A stretch of DNA of 64,000 nucleotides from Octopus sinensis (Eukaryota): positions 1-64,000 of the forward strand of contig NW_021835984.1 of the NCBI RefSeq assembly GCF_006345805.1. The letters run 5' to 3'. The notes beneath the pieces were generated by a model, which saw only the letters and a list, made by a program, of their open reading frames with translations, ran no database searches and was not told the DNA's origin. The translations under genes were made by a program, and so were the position numbers. Below are positions 63,891-64,000 of the stretch, one piece after another (the stretch's first letter is position 1; each line of letters begins with the position of its first letter).

Positions 63891-64000
63891 GAATATCACT
63901 CGGGAAGCAACCGAACCGTATTAAGCTTGGAATTTTACAAATCTGTCGGAAAATCTGCTCAAGAAGTGATCCTGAAACAAAATTGATTTGAAAGTCTTTC

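Overview
Eukaryotic, repeat-dominated, apparently non-genic (intronic or intergenic) window. The very high microsatellite load ((TACA)n, (TA)n, (CA)n, (GATA)n, (CAC/CAT)n) and the tRNA-headed SINE families fit an octopus/coleoid genome; this is an inference, and no database search was run. No host protein-coding exon was recognised, and almost all ORFs in the track are microsatellite artefacts. The real content is: at least four tRNA-derived SINE families (about 35 copies or fragments, labelled A-D here); seven non-autonomous Helitron-like elements; relics of mariner (DD34D) and Tc1 (DD34E) transposases; LINE fragments (CR1-like, RTE, RLE-type, APE domain) and a Penelope GIY-YIG fragment; an ORF1-only zinc-knuckle retro-relic; a probable solo LTR; several MITEs and palindromes; a U6 snRNA retrocopy abutting a SINE; a ~4.1-4.5 kb tandem duplication carrying a 22-bp minisatellite; and an ~8 kb CAC/CAT triplet array. 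The most notable signal is a set of minimal type-I hammerhead-ribozyme-like motifs. The best one (58134-58174) carries the compensatory U3-A8 core pair and sits in an inverted structure implying a ~355-nt tandem or circular template (retrozyme/Penelope-like). Coordinates of degenerate repeats are approximate (+/-10-20 bp).
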